64,000 bases of DNA from Minutocellus sp. GHC0000111 (Eukaryota), in assembly GCA_977018835.1 (NCBI GenBank), contig OZ361256.1, positions 1,860,001-1,924,000 of the forward strand. Reading direction: 5' to 3'. The notes under the pieces are model-generated. The model was not told the origin of the DNA. It did not search any database and saw only the letters and a program-made list of their open reading frames with translations. Each line of letters opens with the position of its first letter. Within the stretch, counting starts at the first letter, position 1. Below, piece after piece: positions 34,823 through 46,640 of this stretch. Position numbers and translations under genes: made by a program.

Positions 34823-37504
34823 TCAACCAATGTCCATTGTACCGGCCTTGCCATCGTCCTTGGGGTTGAGGTAGTAAAATGTAAGTGTGAAGCGCTTCTC
34901 CTCTCGGTCCCAGTTGGTAACGAACCGTCCCTCTCCCCGATCGATTGGCTCGGCGGGGACCTTGAACGCCACGGTCTCGTACGGATCGCACGCCACGAGC
35001 AGATACTGATACCGCCCATCCGGGGGACTTTCCACCCTCTGCTCGTAGGCCGACATGAAGCGATGCCGGGGCTGGACCGACGCGGGATCGTCGACCTCGG
35101 GATAGTGCAGGTAGAAGGTGAGGCACCGCTGGTTCGTGGCCGGATCGCGGGATTTCGTCACCTCGTATCCCGGGCGGCCGATCCTCACCCGCGCTTGTTC
35201 CTTGGCGGCGGCCGAGCCCGACGAGACCGTCAGCGGCATCGGCCCGGCGCCCCCCTTCCCCTCGAGGGCGGCCCGCTTCTTCTCCATGGCGGCGCGCTTG
35301 GCCAGCCCGGCCTGGTGCTTCTTGCCCTGCGTGTGGGCCAGGTAGTTGGCCTCGTTGGTGTGGAGGGTGAGGCAAAGCTTGCACTCGTAGCTGCCGAGGT
35401 GGTTTCGCATCAGGTACGGGTCCTTGGCCAGGTCGACCGACTCCAGGGCCAGCTGGCGGAGCCGCTCCTTCCGGTCGCGCTCGGCGTTGGCCGACGAGGC
35501 CATCCCGCCGCCGCCGAACTTGGACCCGACGCGGTTCTGCCGGTCGGTTCCGCCGAGGAGACGAAGGCGAAGGGTGAGATGCACCTCCCTGGTTGCGCTG
35601 GTGTGTGCATGTGCATGCGCATATGGCGACGCCACGCCACATCCGCCCGGGACCGCGGCGGCAGAATTCATCCGCTCATACTCTTCCCGTCCGAATCCCT
35701 TGCCTCCGTGGACAAAGTAGGCCGAGGCTGAGGCTGTGGCCGAGGCTGAAGATGTGGCCGAGGTTGGAGGGACGGATGTCGGTCCCTTGAGCGGTCCCAG
35801 AATGGGCGTTACCGTGGCACTGGCACCGGCACCGGCACTGATACCGGCACTTGGTGGTGGGACATGGGACGACGATGATGCCGCCGACGATCGGCGGGAG
35901 GCATGGCTTGTAGACGAGTCGGAGGACGAGGAGTCGGCCAGGGTCCACGTCTTGCGTCGCTTGGAAGATGAGGCAGAGGCACCGGTAGGTTCGGCCACAT
36001 CGGTATCCCTGGCCTCGGCCGCATTGGCCTCGGCCGCATTGGCATCCTTGGTATTGGCCTCGGCCATATTGGCATCCTTGGCCGTATCTTGGGCCTCGGC
36101 CATGGCGAGGAGGGTGCCGAGGCCAATGTCGAAGTCGGGGGTGACGGACCGTCCCTTGTGGCCGCCAACGCCAACGCCAAGGCCAAGGCCAAGGTTGGCG
36201 GCGGCGGATCTGCTCCTCCCCTGGTGCTCGTCCTCCTCCTCTTCGCCGCCCTTGAGCTTCCCAAAAAACAAGTCGCCGTCGTCGTCGTCGGTGGAGGAGG
36301 TGGTGGTGGAGTAAGAGGACAGCGTCTCGCTGGTCCTCTTGTTGTTCACGGCCACCCTGCCGGGACTCATCCGCTGCAGGACGGACGACGAGAAGAAGGC
36401 ATCCGGATCGTCGTCGGCGTTGGCATTAGTCGCATTGGAGGAGGAGGAGGAGGGCGGGGGACACGACGAGGCCCTCCTGTTTGCCCCATCTCCTTCTGCT
36501 GACACCCTGGGCCCCGTCCCGCTCGCCACGTACCGCGCCGCGGCCGTGGTACTTCTAGTAGCATTGGCCGCGTTCGCCTTCCTCGACGCGTGCACCTCGT
36601 ACTCGTCCCGCCGGGCGGCCGCCTCGAGGAGGACCCGGACGAACTCGTCGTACGGGGCCGTCCTCGACACCCGGGCCAGCGCCGTCCGATCCCGCGGCGT
36701 CTTGAAGACGTACGTTACCAGCGTTGGTGACGATGATTCGGCGGCAGTATTGGCATCTGCTGAAGAAGCATGTGCCGATGCAGTTGTGGGCATTGGACTT
36801 CCATTATTACCGGTGCCGGTATTCGTAGTGGAACTCATCATTGGCTGCTGCGGAAATGCCACGCCGCAAGCATCGGCGGTACCCGTGCCGGTGTCATCGG
36901 CCCCGTCAATTTCCATGGCGTCGCCGGCACTGGTACGAGAGGCGGCAGCAACAGCACTATTGGTAGCGGCTGACGAATTGGAGGCGGAGACGGCGGAGAC
37001 GGTCATGGACGAGAGGGAGTGGGCGATGGCGGCGGCGGCGAACGACGGATGGACCGTCAAAGCGCAGGGCAGCAGCTGCTGCTGGCGTTTTGGCGTTCTT
37101 GCTGCTGCTGCGGTGGCTGCGGTGGCCGCAGCCGCAGCCGCTGCCGGTGCTGCCGCCTGCCCACCTCCTCCCAGTGCCGCGTCATGATGCAATGGACGAT
37201 GATGATCTTGTCCCGATGCTGGCAGTATCCTCGTGCTGCTGCCTCGGCCGTCGTCGTCAGTCTGGTCCGCCGCCATCCTCGTCTGTCCTTTCGGGGCTGT
37301 TGCAATTTCTCCGAAACGGACATGCTGATGCGGCTGAGGATGCGGCTCCTGTTGCTTTTCCAGAGACACTGTCCTCGCCGCTGCCGGCGGCGGCGGCGGC
37401 GGCATACTAGTATGGCTGGAAGGCACCGATGCTTCTGCGCCGGACGATGACAATGGCGGCAGCGGCAGCCACGTGGGGGACGGGGCCCCGGCGCCACCGA
37501 GCAT
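34823..37504 (-). CDS. SF3A2: Splicing factor 3A subunit 2 (SF3a66/Prp11) with ~650-aa N-terminal extension ending in a ubiquitin-like LRLLGG motif
   Basis: C-terminal 241 aa: DRQNRVGSKFGGGG, RKERLRQLALESVDLAKDPYLMRNHLGSYECKLCLTLHTNEANYLAHTQGKKHQ (matrin-type Zn finger), IGRPGYEVTK, PRHRFMSAYEQRVE, PYETVAFKVP. Single stop-free ORF; the 5' extent is less certain than the SF3A2 part. Confidence 0.9.
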   Translation of the reverse strand: MLGGAGAPSPTWLPLPPLSSSGAEASVPSSHTSMPPPPPPAAARTVSLEKQQEPHPQPHQHVRFGEIATAPKGQTRMAADQTDDDGRGSSTRILPASGQDHHRPLHHDAALGGGGQAAAPAAAAAAATAATAAAARTPKRQQQLLPCALTVHPSFAAAAIAHSLSSMTVSAVSASNSSAATNSAVAAASRTSAGDAMEIDGADDTGTGTADACGVAFPQQPMMSSTTNTGTGNNGSPMPTTASAHASSADANTAAESSSPTLVTYVFKTPRDRTALARVSRTAPYDEFVRVLLEAAARRDEYEVHASRKANAANATRSTTAAARYVASGTGPRVSAEGDGANRRASSCPPPSSSSSNATNANADDDPDAFFSSSVLQRMSPGRVAVNNKRTSETLSSYSTTTSSTDDDDGDLFFGKLKGGEEEEDEHQGRSRSAAANLGLGLGVGVGGHKGRSVTPDFDIGLGTLLAMAEAQDTAKDANMAEANTKDANAAEANAAEARDTDVAEPTGASASSSKRRKTWTLADSSSSDSSTSHASRRSSAASSSSHVPPPSAGISAGAGASATVTPILGPLKGPTSVPPTSATSSASATASASAYFVHGGKGFGREEYERMNSAAAVPGGCGVASPYAHAHAHTSATREVHLTLRLRLLGGTDRQNRVGSKFGGGGMASSANAERDRKERLRQLALESVDLAKDPYLMRNHLGSYECKLCLTLHTNEANYLAHTQGKKHQAGLAKRAAMEKKRAALEGKGGAGPMPLTVSSGSAAAKEQARVRIGRPGYEVTKSRDPATNQRCLTFYLHYPEVDDPASVQPRHRFMSAYEQRVESPPDGRYQYLLVACDPYETVAFKVPAEPIDRGEGRFVTNWDREEKRFTLTFYYLNPKDDGKAGTMDIG

Positions 37505-38015
37505 TGTCTGCACCTGGCTGTCTTCTTCTTCTTCTTACGATGCCTTCTGTTTTCAATTGAATTCGCCGCGCGGGGCCGCATGCAAAATGTCGAATGACGC
37601 TTCGGGAGGTGGTGCGTGGCGGGACAAGGGACGGGACGCATGACGTCATAAAGATACCATCACAGACCCTCAAGGGCCGTTTCCACTTGAGGTTGGCACA
37701 GGGTTGACGAAAACGGGAACAGGCCTGACTGATGACTTCGCCGAGAGCCGAGATGATGGACGGACGCCTGCAACATTCATTCATTCGTCCTCGAATGAGT
37801 CTCGAGGTCACCCCTCCTTCCTACTCCTACCTCTCGCTTGCGACTGATTGCTAGTCACCTTGTTCCTTTGTGCTGCTGCATCGTAGCGTGGCATCGCAGC
37901 ATCGCATCGCAACGCCGAACCGCGGTAGGGTAGAAGCACAACACAAGTCCAGTCCAAAAGATACGAAAGATCCTTCTTTCGATATCTTTTGAATCTTTTC
38001 ATTCCGCCGACATTG

Positions 38016-39893
38016 ATGCCGATGCAGATGCCAAGAGTTCCCATCACCGGTGCCGAGGACATTGTCACCATACGAGGGCGGCACCTGTACACCGGTGCCA
38101 GCGGCGGCTATGGGCAGCGGCAGCGGCAGCGGCAGCGCTTCTACATGACTGGCATAGCATTTCCCACGCCTCCTCCGACTCAACCTCAAACTACTTCAGC
38201 TACTACTGCCCGCAACAACCCATCCATTGCTGCACGACGCAATCCCATCCTCGACAAGCTGCTCCATCGTTCTCGTGGCCAGGATACTACCAGCAATGAT
38301 GATGATGTTGGTCAGCATAACTCATCACCACACCTCAATCTGACGGGTTGGAATGCGGTCCTGGATCAGCTGGCAAAGGAAACCACCGTCAACACCGTCC
38401 GGATATACGAGATGGACTGCCGACGGGATTGCAGCGCCTTCCTCAACCATGCGGCCGACCTGGGCATATACGTGCTGGTACCCCTCACGACGCGGTCCGG
38501 CGATGGGGTCTTGTCCAGAGACGACGTGGCCCCAAAGTGCTATCCCCGAAAGCTGTACGAGTACGGCGTCCAATGTCTGGACCGGTACTGGGACCATCCC
38601 AACGTCCTGGCGGGCGTGGTGGGCAACGAGGTGATGAACAAACTGGACAGTTGGCGGGCCGCTCCGTGCGTCCGAGCCTTCCTGGACGACATGGCGGCGT
38701 ACGGGAAGCACAAGGCCTCCAAGGTGAAAAAGGGGGGTGGTGCTGGTGGTCCAGACGCCGGTGCAAGGACCGAGGCGATGCCACTCATGTATGCGACGCA
38801 GCACGACAGTCCCAGTGCCGAGTTCCCAACCGACGATGCCATGAAATTGACGCTGGATTATTTGACTTGTCGTGATGATGCTGCGAATACTGCTCGTGGG
38901 CCTAGTGGTAGTACTGGAGCAGCAGGAGGGTCGTCGCATCGCAGTCCCTTCATCTTCGGCATCAACATTGAATCCTGGTGCTCGTCGCTGCAAACATTCG
39001 AGTACGAGGAAGATGGTCTCACGGAGTCGAGTTATCATTCGCTGTGGAACACTATGCGGGGAGGCAACCTGACCAAAACGACCATGGACGCGGTGACGGG
39101 CGTCAAGACGACTGTTGAGATTCCCCGAACTATTTCGCCGTTGCCAGCATCGGTCCCCATAGTTTTCAGTGAGATGGGCTGCAGTCGTTTCTCCTTCAAC
39201 AAGGACAATGACGTTACCCCCAAAATGATACGAGATTGGAGGCAGATACCTCTGGTGTCAGACGGTGGGCCCATGAGCGATGTGTTAAGTGGGTTCGTTG
39301 CCTATGGGTACGATGGAGGTGGCAACAAGTACTTTCGAATGATGGGCGGGACAAACAAGTGGGATGGATTCAACCCTCTTTCGTCGGACTCTGAAGATTA
39401 TCAAAACTTTTGACTTCGGCTGGAAGAGATTGCAGCAAATGAGACAGACAATCCCCATGTCGATGGCACTGGTGACGGACATGGAAGAGCTGGAGCTAGT
39501 CCAAGTTGCGAAGAAACCCTTGAGAGCATTCGCACGGTGTGGGATATTGAGTTGCGACGACAGCTTCGAATGCCATCTTATTTCGACCGAGATCATCGCC
39601 CGTGGTTCCCATTGCTTCCATCATCCAACAAACGTGCAAATCAACAACTGAAGCTTGAAGAGATTACGTTTAGATGGGATTCCATTGATTCCAGTTTCTT
39701 TGATTGGGGAGCTTCTTTGCTCATGGTGCTGGTTGTGGTGGTACCGGTACTGATTTTCGTGAAACCAAATTTTACTCCTACTAGTTCGACTCCGGCGAAG
39801 TGCCCAGAGGAAAGGACGAGCGACAATCTAAGAACTCTCAATGAAGAGAGCAAGTTGCTGGCAAATATGCAGAGACAACCCGATTACACATGA
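38016..39893 (+). CDS. GH72 beta-1,3-glucanosyltransferase (Gas/Gel-like) with C-terminal TM segment; in-frame TGA at 39411-39413
   Basis: VTIRGRHLY, FYMTGIAF, VNTVRIYE, GIYVLVPL, VVGNEV (acid/base Glu), FSEMGC (nucleophile Glu). The same frame continues 159 codons past the TGA, to a hydrophobic helix and a stop at 39893. No signal peptide seen; start uncertain. Confidence 0.8.
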
Positions 39894-41340
39894 TAGGCAG
39901 AAAAGCTGTCCATTGTGAAAGGACAACGTGGTAGTACCTTACATTCCTGTGTTAGTAGAAAACATCAATGCCTTGTATATTTAGTAGTTCAAAGACCTAC
40001 ATTTGATTTATAAAGAACCACACAACTTGTCTTCCGTAGCGTTCCTGGTACCCCAAGGTAGGATGCCAAAGCCCAGTGATAACGCAAATGGGCGTACATC
40101 AAGCGCAAGGTCGTCCATTACTTGTCGACGGTACCGTTCTGGCCAAAATCTTGAATTCTCGTCTCAGCGATGGATGGTAGGACGGCTTGCATTACAAAGG
40201 TCTTACTCGGCATAGTTTGGCCAAACAATGGATCCAATCGCCAGAAAATGCTATCAAATCTCAGCATGGGCACATGTTGTCCATATGGAAGCCACACTAT
40301 CGTAAATTTCGAGTAAACTGAAATAGCTACATGTATGATGATCACGATATCTTGTTGGAGAAGTTGAGGAGAATCTGGAAGTTTTGGTTTTGCTTGTCAT
40401 TGGGTGAGAATGCAATAGGTTCCACATTATGCTCACATCAGCCATACAGGCAGTTCCATTCTTTACAACATACCTTGGCAGGATTTGAAGAGAATCAGCG
40501 CCTCTCTACCGAATTTCAAGAACTATTGTACCACATCTTATTTTGGCGTCCTTCCCAACACTATAAAATTACGGCAGATCCGCAAATGCTCCACGAGAAA
40601 ACCCATTTACCGGCATTCAACCCGCAGAAGAAGCACGTCATTCGCCTCAATAGCATCATGAAAGAGAAATATCAAAAGTTGTGTAGACACTCCAAGCGGA
40701 AATTTTCGAGCAACAGAGCCACGACGACATTGAGGACCGGTTGTGCAGAGATATCAAATTCTCTATTCTGGTCGTCGGTGTTTTGCGACTGTTGTGCGTC
40801 CGAATTGCATAACGCTTCCACACCATCGCCCTATGCTGGCATCAAATGAACATTTCAAGTCGTCCAAATTGGAGCATCTCCCATGAAGTCGACGCCGTCG
40901 TTACTTTTCTTTACGATTATAACCGTGGTGGAGGTCGAGGTCGGCCGATCACATGTGCCGAAAGTAGATTTTTGTGAGTTTCAGGCATGAGAGGCTCAGA
41001 TTGAAGGCTCACGAGCCAAGATGTATATATACGAAGAAGGGATACTGAGGCGGGCGTCATGGTTGCATGCCATATCGGTGGTCTCCTGGTGGCACATCAT
41101 GTGTTGGGTGGCGTTGGGGAGGGAAGCAAAGCAAAATGGCAAGGCTGGAAACCCGAATTGACATGAGAGATTTCTCATCATTTCTTGTAGTGTCGTACGT
41201 ACCGTACCTAGGTACATACGGCGGGCGGCGCCGCTCCCGTTCATTTTCGTATCATCAACGGCTGGCACGAGGCTGTACCGGAAGCCGCCTCTGGTCAGGC
41301 CAGGTCCCTCAGCGCTCTCGGCCGCTTTCAGCGAGCGGTA

Positions 41341-44300
41341 ATGGTAAAAGGATACGGAACCGTCAAGGGGGGAGTCTCAGCAGGCGTAAAAGCCGACGAA
41401 TCTGATCCTCGCAGCGGCAACAACGATGAGGAGCGGAAACCTCTCCTCAGCGGCATACATGTAAGCAACGAGAAGGCACCGTCGTTCTTCAGCAGCCTCA
41501 CATTTGCGTGGTTCTCTCCCCTCCTCGAGATTGGCAATCGCAATGGCACGCTGGAACCGACTGACATAGCGTCTCTGCCGCTTCCCGATGACTGCACCAC
41601 CGCTGCCTGTATGGAGGCATTCGATGAGTGCTGGGCAGATGAAAAGTTGCGAGCGGAACAGAGAACGGCAGATGAGATTCGTCGGAAGCGACGCAAGAGA
41701 AGACGACAGTATCAGGATATTGATTTAGAGGGAAGTTCTCGTTCGAAGGACGACGACGATGGCACTGGTACCGACATGTCCGATGTGGACCCACACGAAA
41801 TGCCGTCACAACCATTCTTCGAGCCAGTTACCGCTGATCCGATAATACCAACGCAGCCATCGTTGGCACGTGCCTTGGCTTGGGCATTCGGCAAAGAGTT
41901 TGCCAAGGCGGGGCTTCTGAAGCTTTGTCATGATCTACTCATCTTCGTTGGGCCATTTGTCCTGAACCAAATCATCTTATTCCTACGAGACGAATCGGCC
42001 CCTCTCAGTCGAGGACTGTACCTCACATCGGCGGTGACCATAAGCCAGCTGCTTATGTCGTTCTGTCTGAGGCATTACTTCTTCCGATGCTACCTCGTAG
42101 GACTGCGAGCGCGTACGGCTCTGGTGGTGGCAATTTATCGCAAGGCATTGGTACTGTCTGCGTCAGAAAGGCAAAAGAGAAGTGCCGGAGAAATCGTCAA
42201 CTTGTTGTCCACCGATGCGCAACGCATTCAGTCCTTGATGACATACCTTCATGCCACATGGTACTCCTTTGTGCAGATTGGGCTGGCCCTTTACTTTTTG
42301 TGGCGTCAACTGGGCCCAAGTTGCCTCGCCGGCGTCGTTATCATCGTAATTATGATGCCCATCACCCGGGCCGTCGCCAGCTGGATGGGGGGTAAGCAAA
42401 AACGCCTCATGAATGCCAAGGATGAGCGCGTCGAATTGAATAACGAATGCCTCGGCAGCATGAAGGTGCTCAAGATGCAAGCGTGGGAGGAACCGATGTA
42501 CGGTCGTTTGCTCCACCTACGACAAGTCGAGCTTCGCAAGCTTTATGATTATGGTAAGCGCAGAATAGTTGTATTCAGTCTTTCAAGTATGTTGTTGGAA
42601 GCTGGGCGTTAGCACTTGAATTTTGGATTTTTGGTTTATTTCAAAGCATATCTCACCCCCGCCCTATCATTTCCAATTTTATAAACGATTTTCCAGTCGT
42701 TGCGAACAGTCTCAGCATCATGCTTTGGAATGCGGTACCTCTCCTCGTGGCGTTGTCGACGTTTGCTGCATACACACTATCTGGGCATACATTGGACGTG
42801 GCGTCTGCCTTGACGTCGTTGTCCTTGTTTGAGATACTCAGATTCCCCCTCTTCATGCTGCCGCAGATAATCAATAGAATGGTGGAGGCCGGTGTGTCGA
42901 TTGATCGCATCCAGTCCTTTTTGCAGTGCAAAGAGCATGCAGCGCCGAGAACCGATGAAATTGAAGAAGACTACGGGGTCAGGATGGAAAATGCCACGCT
43001 AATATATGGAAGCATCAAACCCGAGTTCGATGCCGCATCCATGAATCGCCACGGTGGTCAGGCGAACATTCTCGCGAAGCAACTCCACGAGACGCGGTGG
43101 GAAGTTGCCTTGCTCAAGGCACAGCTATTTGAAGCCGATGAAAAGATACGATCTCTTGCGATCGGAGAATCCGTTGAAACACCGCAATCGAGTCCCTCCC
43201 CCCTGGCTCTGAAGAGAATAAGCCTCGAGTGCAAACCAGGACGCTTCATTGCCATCGTCGGACATGTCGGTTCGAGCAAAAGCTCGCTTATCAATGCAAT
43301 CCTGGGCGAGTTGCAGCTGTTATCTGGAACCCAATCTGTCAAGGGTAGACTCGCTTTGTTTTCACAGACTCCGTTTGTCATGAATGACAGCTTGCGAAAT
43401 AACATCACAACCTTTGGAAAGCATGGAGATGAAGAGTTCGATGCAAAACGATATGAACGTGCCATCCGTGCCTGCGCCCTTGAGCCCGATCTACGAGCTC
43501 TTCCGGGAGGAGATTTGACGATTATAGGAGAAAAGGGCATAACACTCTCTGGCGGTCAAAAGGCCCGTGTCGCATGTGCTAGAGCAGTTTACTCCGGAGC
43601 CGATGTCTTTCTCCTCGATGATCCACTGGCAGCCGTCGACGCGCACGTGGCAACCCATCTGTTCTCCGATTGCATTGTAAAGGAGATGCTCTATGGCGGT
43701 AACACTTCTACCAGCAAGTCACGGTGTTCATCGGTTATTCTTGTAACCAACGCCGTGCAATATTTGAACAGCCCCGAGGTCGACACAATAGTTGTGCTGA
43801 GAGATGGAGGAACTGTCGAAACAGGAACATTTAGCGAGCTAAGTGCTCGGAATGGGCTCTTTTCCTCATTTTTGTCTGTCTTGGCCGACGAGACTTCTCA
43901 AGCAGAAAGAGAGGATTTGGTAGTATTCAGTGATGAGAAGGAGGCTCGGTCATCTCTGGCCCTGACGGGGGCAAGGAGCTCTTGCTCCATATCTGCTCTT
44001 GGAGATGTTGATCAGCCTGATGTGTCGAAGGTGCTATGTCCAAAACCCAAGCTTAATCATTCTCCAACGTCAGTGCACCGAAAGAGCCTTGTTGTTGATA
44101 ACGTTGCAGCTACCAACGCCATAGTCACCTTAGAGCCTGGCACGCCAAAGGACGATGCAGGGAAAGTTCCGGCACCACGCGCAACTACTAGTTCCAATAG
44201 TACAAGCATTGCCAAGGAAGAAAGAGAGATTGGGCACGTCAGTTTCAAAGTGTATTTATCATGGGCAAAAGCAGCTGGAGGAGCTCATGTCTTCGTGGCG

Positions 44301-46475
44301 ATTATATCAGCGTTCTCTTGCGTCGAAGCCGTGAGTGTTTTATCGAAGTGGTGGCTTACACACTGGAGTGAGAACGGAGGAGGTCACCAGCTTCGTTTCC
44401 TTGCCATCTATGCGATTATCAATCTCTCCACTATCCTGTTGACTTTGGGTCGATTGCTGTTGGTAATGTTTGCTGGCTTGAGAGCAAGCCGGACGATCTA
44501 CGTGGAGCTCTTGCATTCCGTCCTTGGTGGAAAGATGTCATTCTTCGATCAGACGCCCCTGGGGAGGATCATCAACAGGTGCGTTACGGTATGAACGGAA
44601 TGGGCAATAATGTCCGAGGTATTTTGTGCTTCATCGCAATAGCAGTCTCTCACCTCTCTCCTTCTTTCCTTTTGTCATTTCCGCAACGCTTTCTAATAGA
44701 TTTTCCCGAGAAATGTACACCGTTGACGAAGAGCTCGTTTCGACTCTCCGGTCTTACCTCAATTCGTTGATGAGCGTAATCTCTGTCGTCTTTGTCATAT
44801 CTTCCGTCACACCAATGTTTACCCTCTGCTTGGTGCCAATTATCATCTTCTATCTACACCAACAAAATTACTTCACAACGACATATCGGGAAATCAAGCG
44901 CATCGACAGCGTCAGTCGAAGTCCAATTTACGCCCTCTTGGGAGAGACACTCGATGGTGTGACGACAATCCGTGCCTTTCGAGTCCAAGAGCTCTTGGCA
45001 AATCGCATGATCAAGCTGATGGATAGGTAAGGCCGATGCTTTCGAGAATTATTCCATTATCTGTCTTCAAAAGTTGATTTCTTCTCGTCGAAACATTCTA
45101 CTCAAAGACCTCCTCCTTACTCTACTTTTCCTTACGTTTGATATCTTCAGTCAACAGAATGCGTACTATCTCACCTGCACAGCTCAGTGTTGGTTGGCGG
45201 TCCGACTTGAGCTCGCTGGCACTTTGATAATCTTCTTCGCCTGCCTTAGCGCTGTCCTGCAACACCTATCCCAGGCTGGGAACGAGAAATTTTCCGGACT
45301 TGCTGGGCTGTCCATCAGTTTTGCCCTGAGCGTAACCCAGTCGCTCAATTGGACCGTTCGTATGGCTTCTGACCTCGAAGCCAGCTTTATCGCTGTGGAG
45401 CGGGTAAATCAGTATACGAATGAGACGACGGGTGTCCCTCAGGAAGCCAGTAGAGAAACGAACGTTGATGCAAATGCTGGCTCCGACTGGCCGCGCAACG
45501 GGCACATCGTGTTCAAGGGAGTTTCTCTTCGCTATCGAGAAAACTTACCCCGAGTCCTAAAGAAAATCGACCTGGACATACGGCCCGGATCCAAGGTGGG
45601 CGTCGTAGGCCGCACGGGAAGTGGAAAGGTACGTCCATTGTTGTATGTTGTGGAATTGCTCTCTTATTTCCTGCATATAAATCTTACTCGCTGCCTTGAA
45701 TTCTCAACACTTTATCTTTTACCTTCACCCAATAAACAACACGCAGAGCACGCTTGTTGTGGCACTCTTACGTCTCGTTGAGCTTGACGAAGGTACCATT
45801 GAGATTGATGGCATTGATACATCAAAACTGGGGCTTAAAAAGCTCCGCTCCGGCATCGCCATCATACCACAAGATCCAACATTATTCAGCGGGACAATTC
45901 GAAGCAATCTGGACCCCTTTGGTGAGCACGACGAAGCACGCCTTTGGTCCGTCGTTGATCGTGTCGGTTTACTTTCTTCCGGTGGCATGTCCCGTGCCTC
46001 TTCTGTCTCGAGCTTTGGTGTGCTCAGCACCGCTGGGTCAGATACCGGAATCGGGAACAATGGCCCAGCCACCACCTCCGGCCATGCCGTTGGAACCAGT
46101 GCAGGAATCCGCTCTCTCAACAGCCCCGTCGCGGAGGGTGGGTCGAACCTTTCGGTCGGACAACGGCAGCTCCTGGTCATTGCCCGTGCCCTCCTATCGC
46201 AGTGTCGTGTCGTGGTGATGGACGAGGCCACGGCCTCCATCGATGCCTCCACCGACGCTCGCATCCAGCAGGTGATGCGTACCGAATTCCGAGATGCCAC
46301 GGTCCTGACGATTGCGCACAGGATCAATACCATTGCTGATAGCACTCATATCCTGGGGTTGGCGGATGGCAAGGTCGTGGAGTTTGACAGGCCGGCCACT
46401 CTTTTGGGCAGAGAAAATGGGTTGTACAAAGGTCTCGTGGAGGCATGGGAAAGGGAAAACACAATGGCAACATAA
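41341..46475 (+). CDS. ABC transporter subfamily C (MRP-like), 5 exons
   Basis: Introns 42554-42696, 44579-44699, 45027-45150 and 45629-45746 (all GT-AG, frame-restoring). NBD1 GHVGSSKSS/LSGGQKAR/LLDDPL; NBD2 GRTGSGKST/LSVGQRQ/VMDEATA; FFDQTPLGRIINRFS. Confidence 0.95.
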
Positions 46476-46640
46476 CAATGTCAAACCATAAGAAAAATAA
46501 TGGATTTAGAATTCGCCTCTGACAATCCTACTCGTAATAATGCACAGTTGTTTTTATCTTATGGTGCAACCGCAAACTCATCTGCTTGCTTGCCAAATAG
46601 GTCTATTACCTGCTACCTACGTAGCTGGCCTCCTCTCCAA

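Noticed and set aside
39411..39413. Selenocysteine codon or reassigned genetic code
   Set aside because: The position is not a redox motif, no SECIS was identified, and other genes here end normally at TGA.
39950..41300. ORF 40331-40849 and splice-like signals on the minus strand
   Set aside because: No recognisable protein could be built; possibly a decayed gene, but unsupported.
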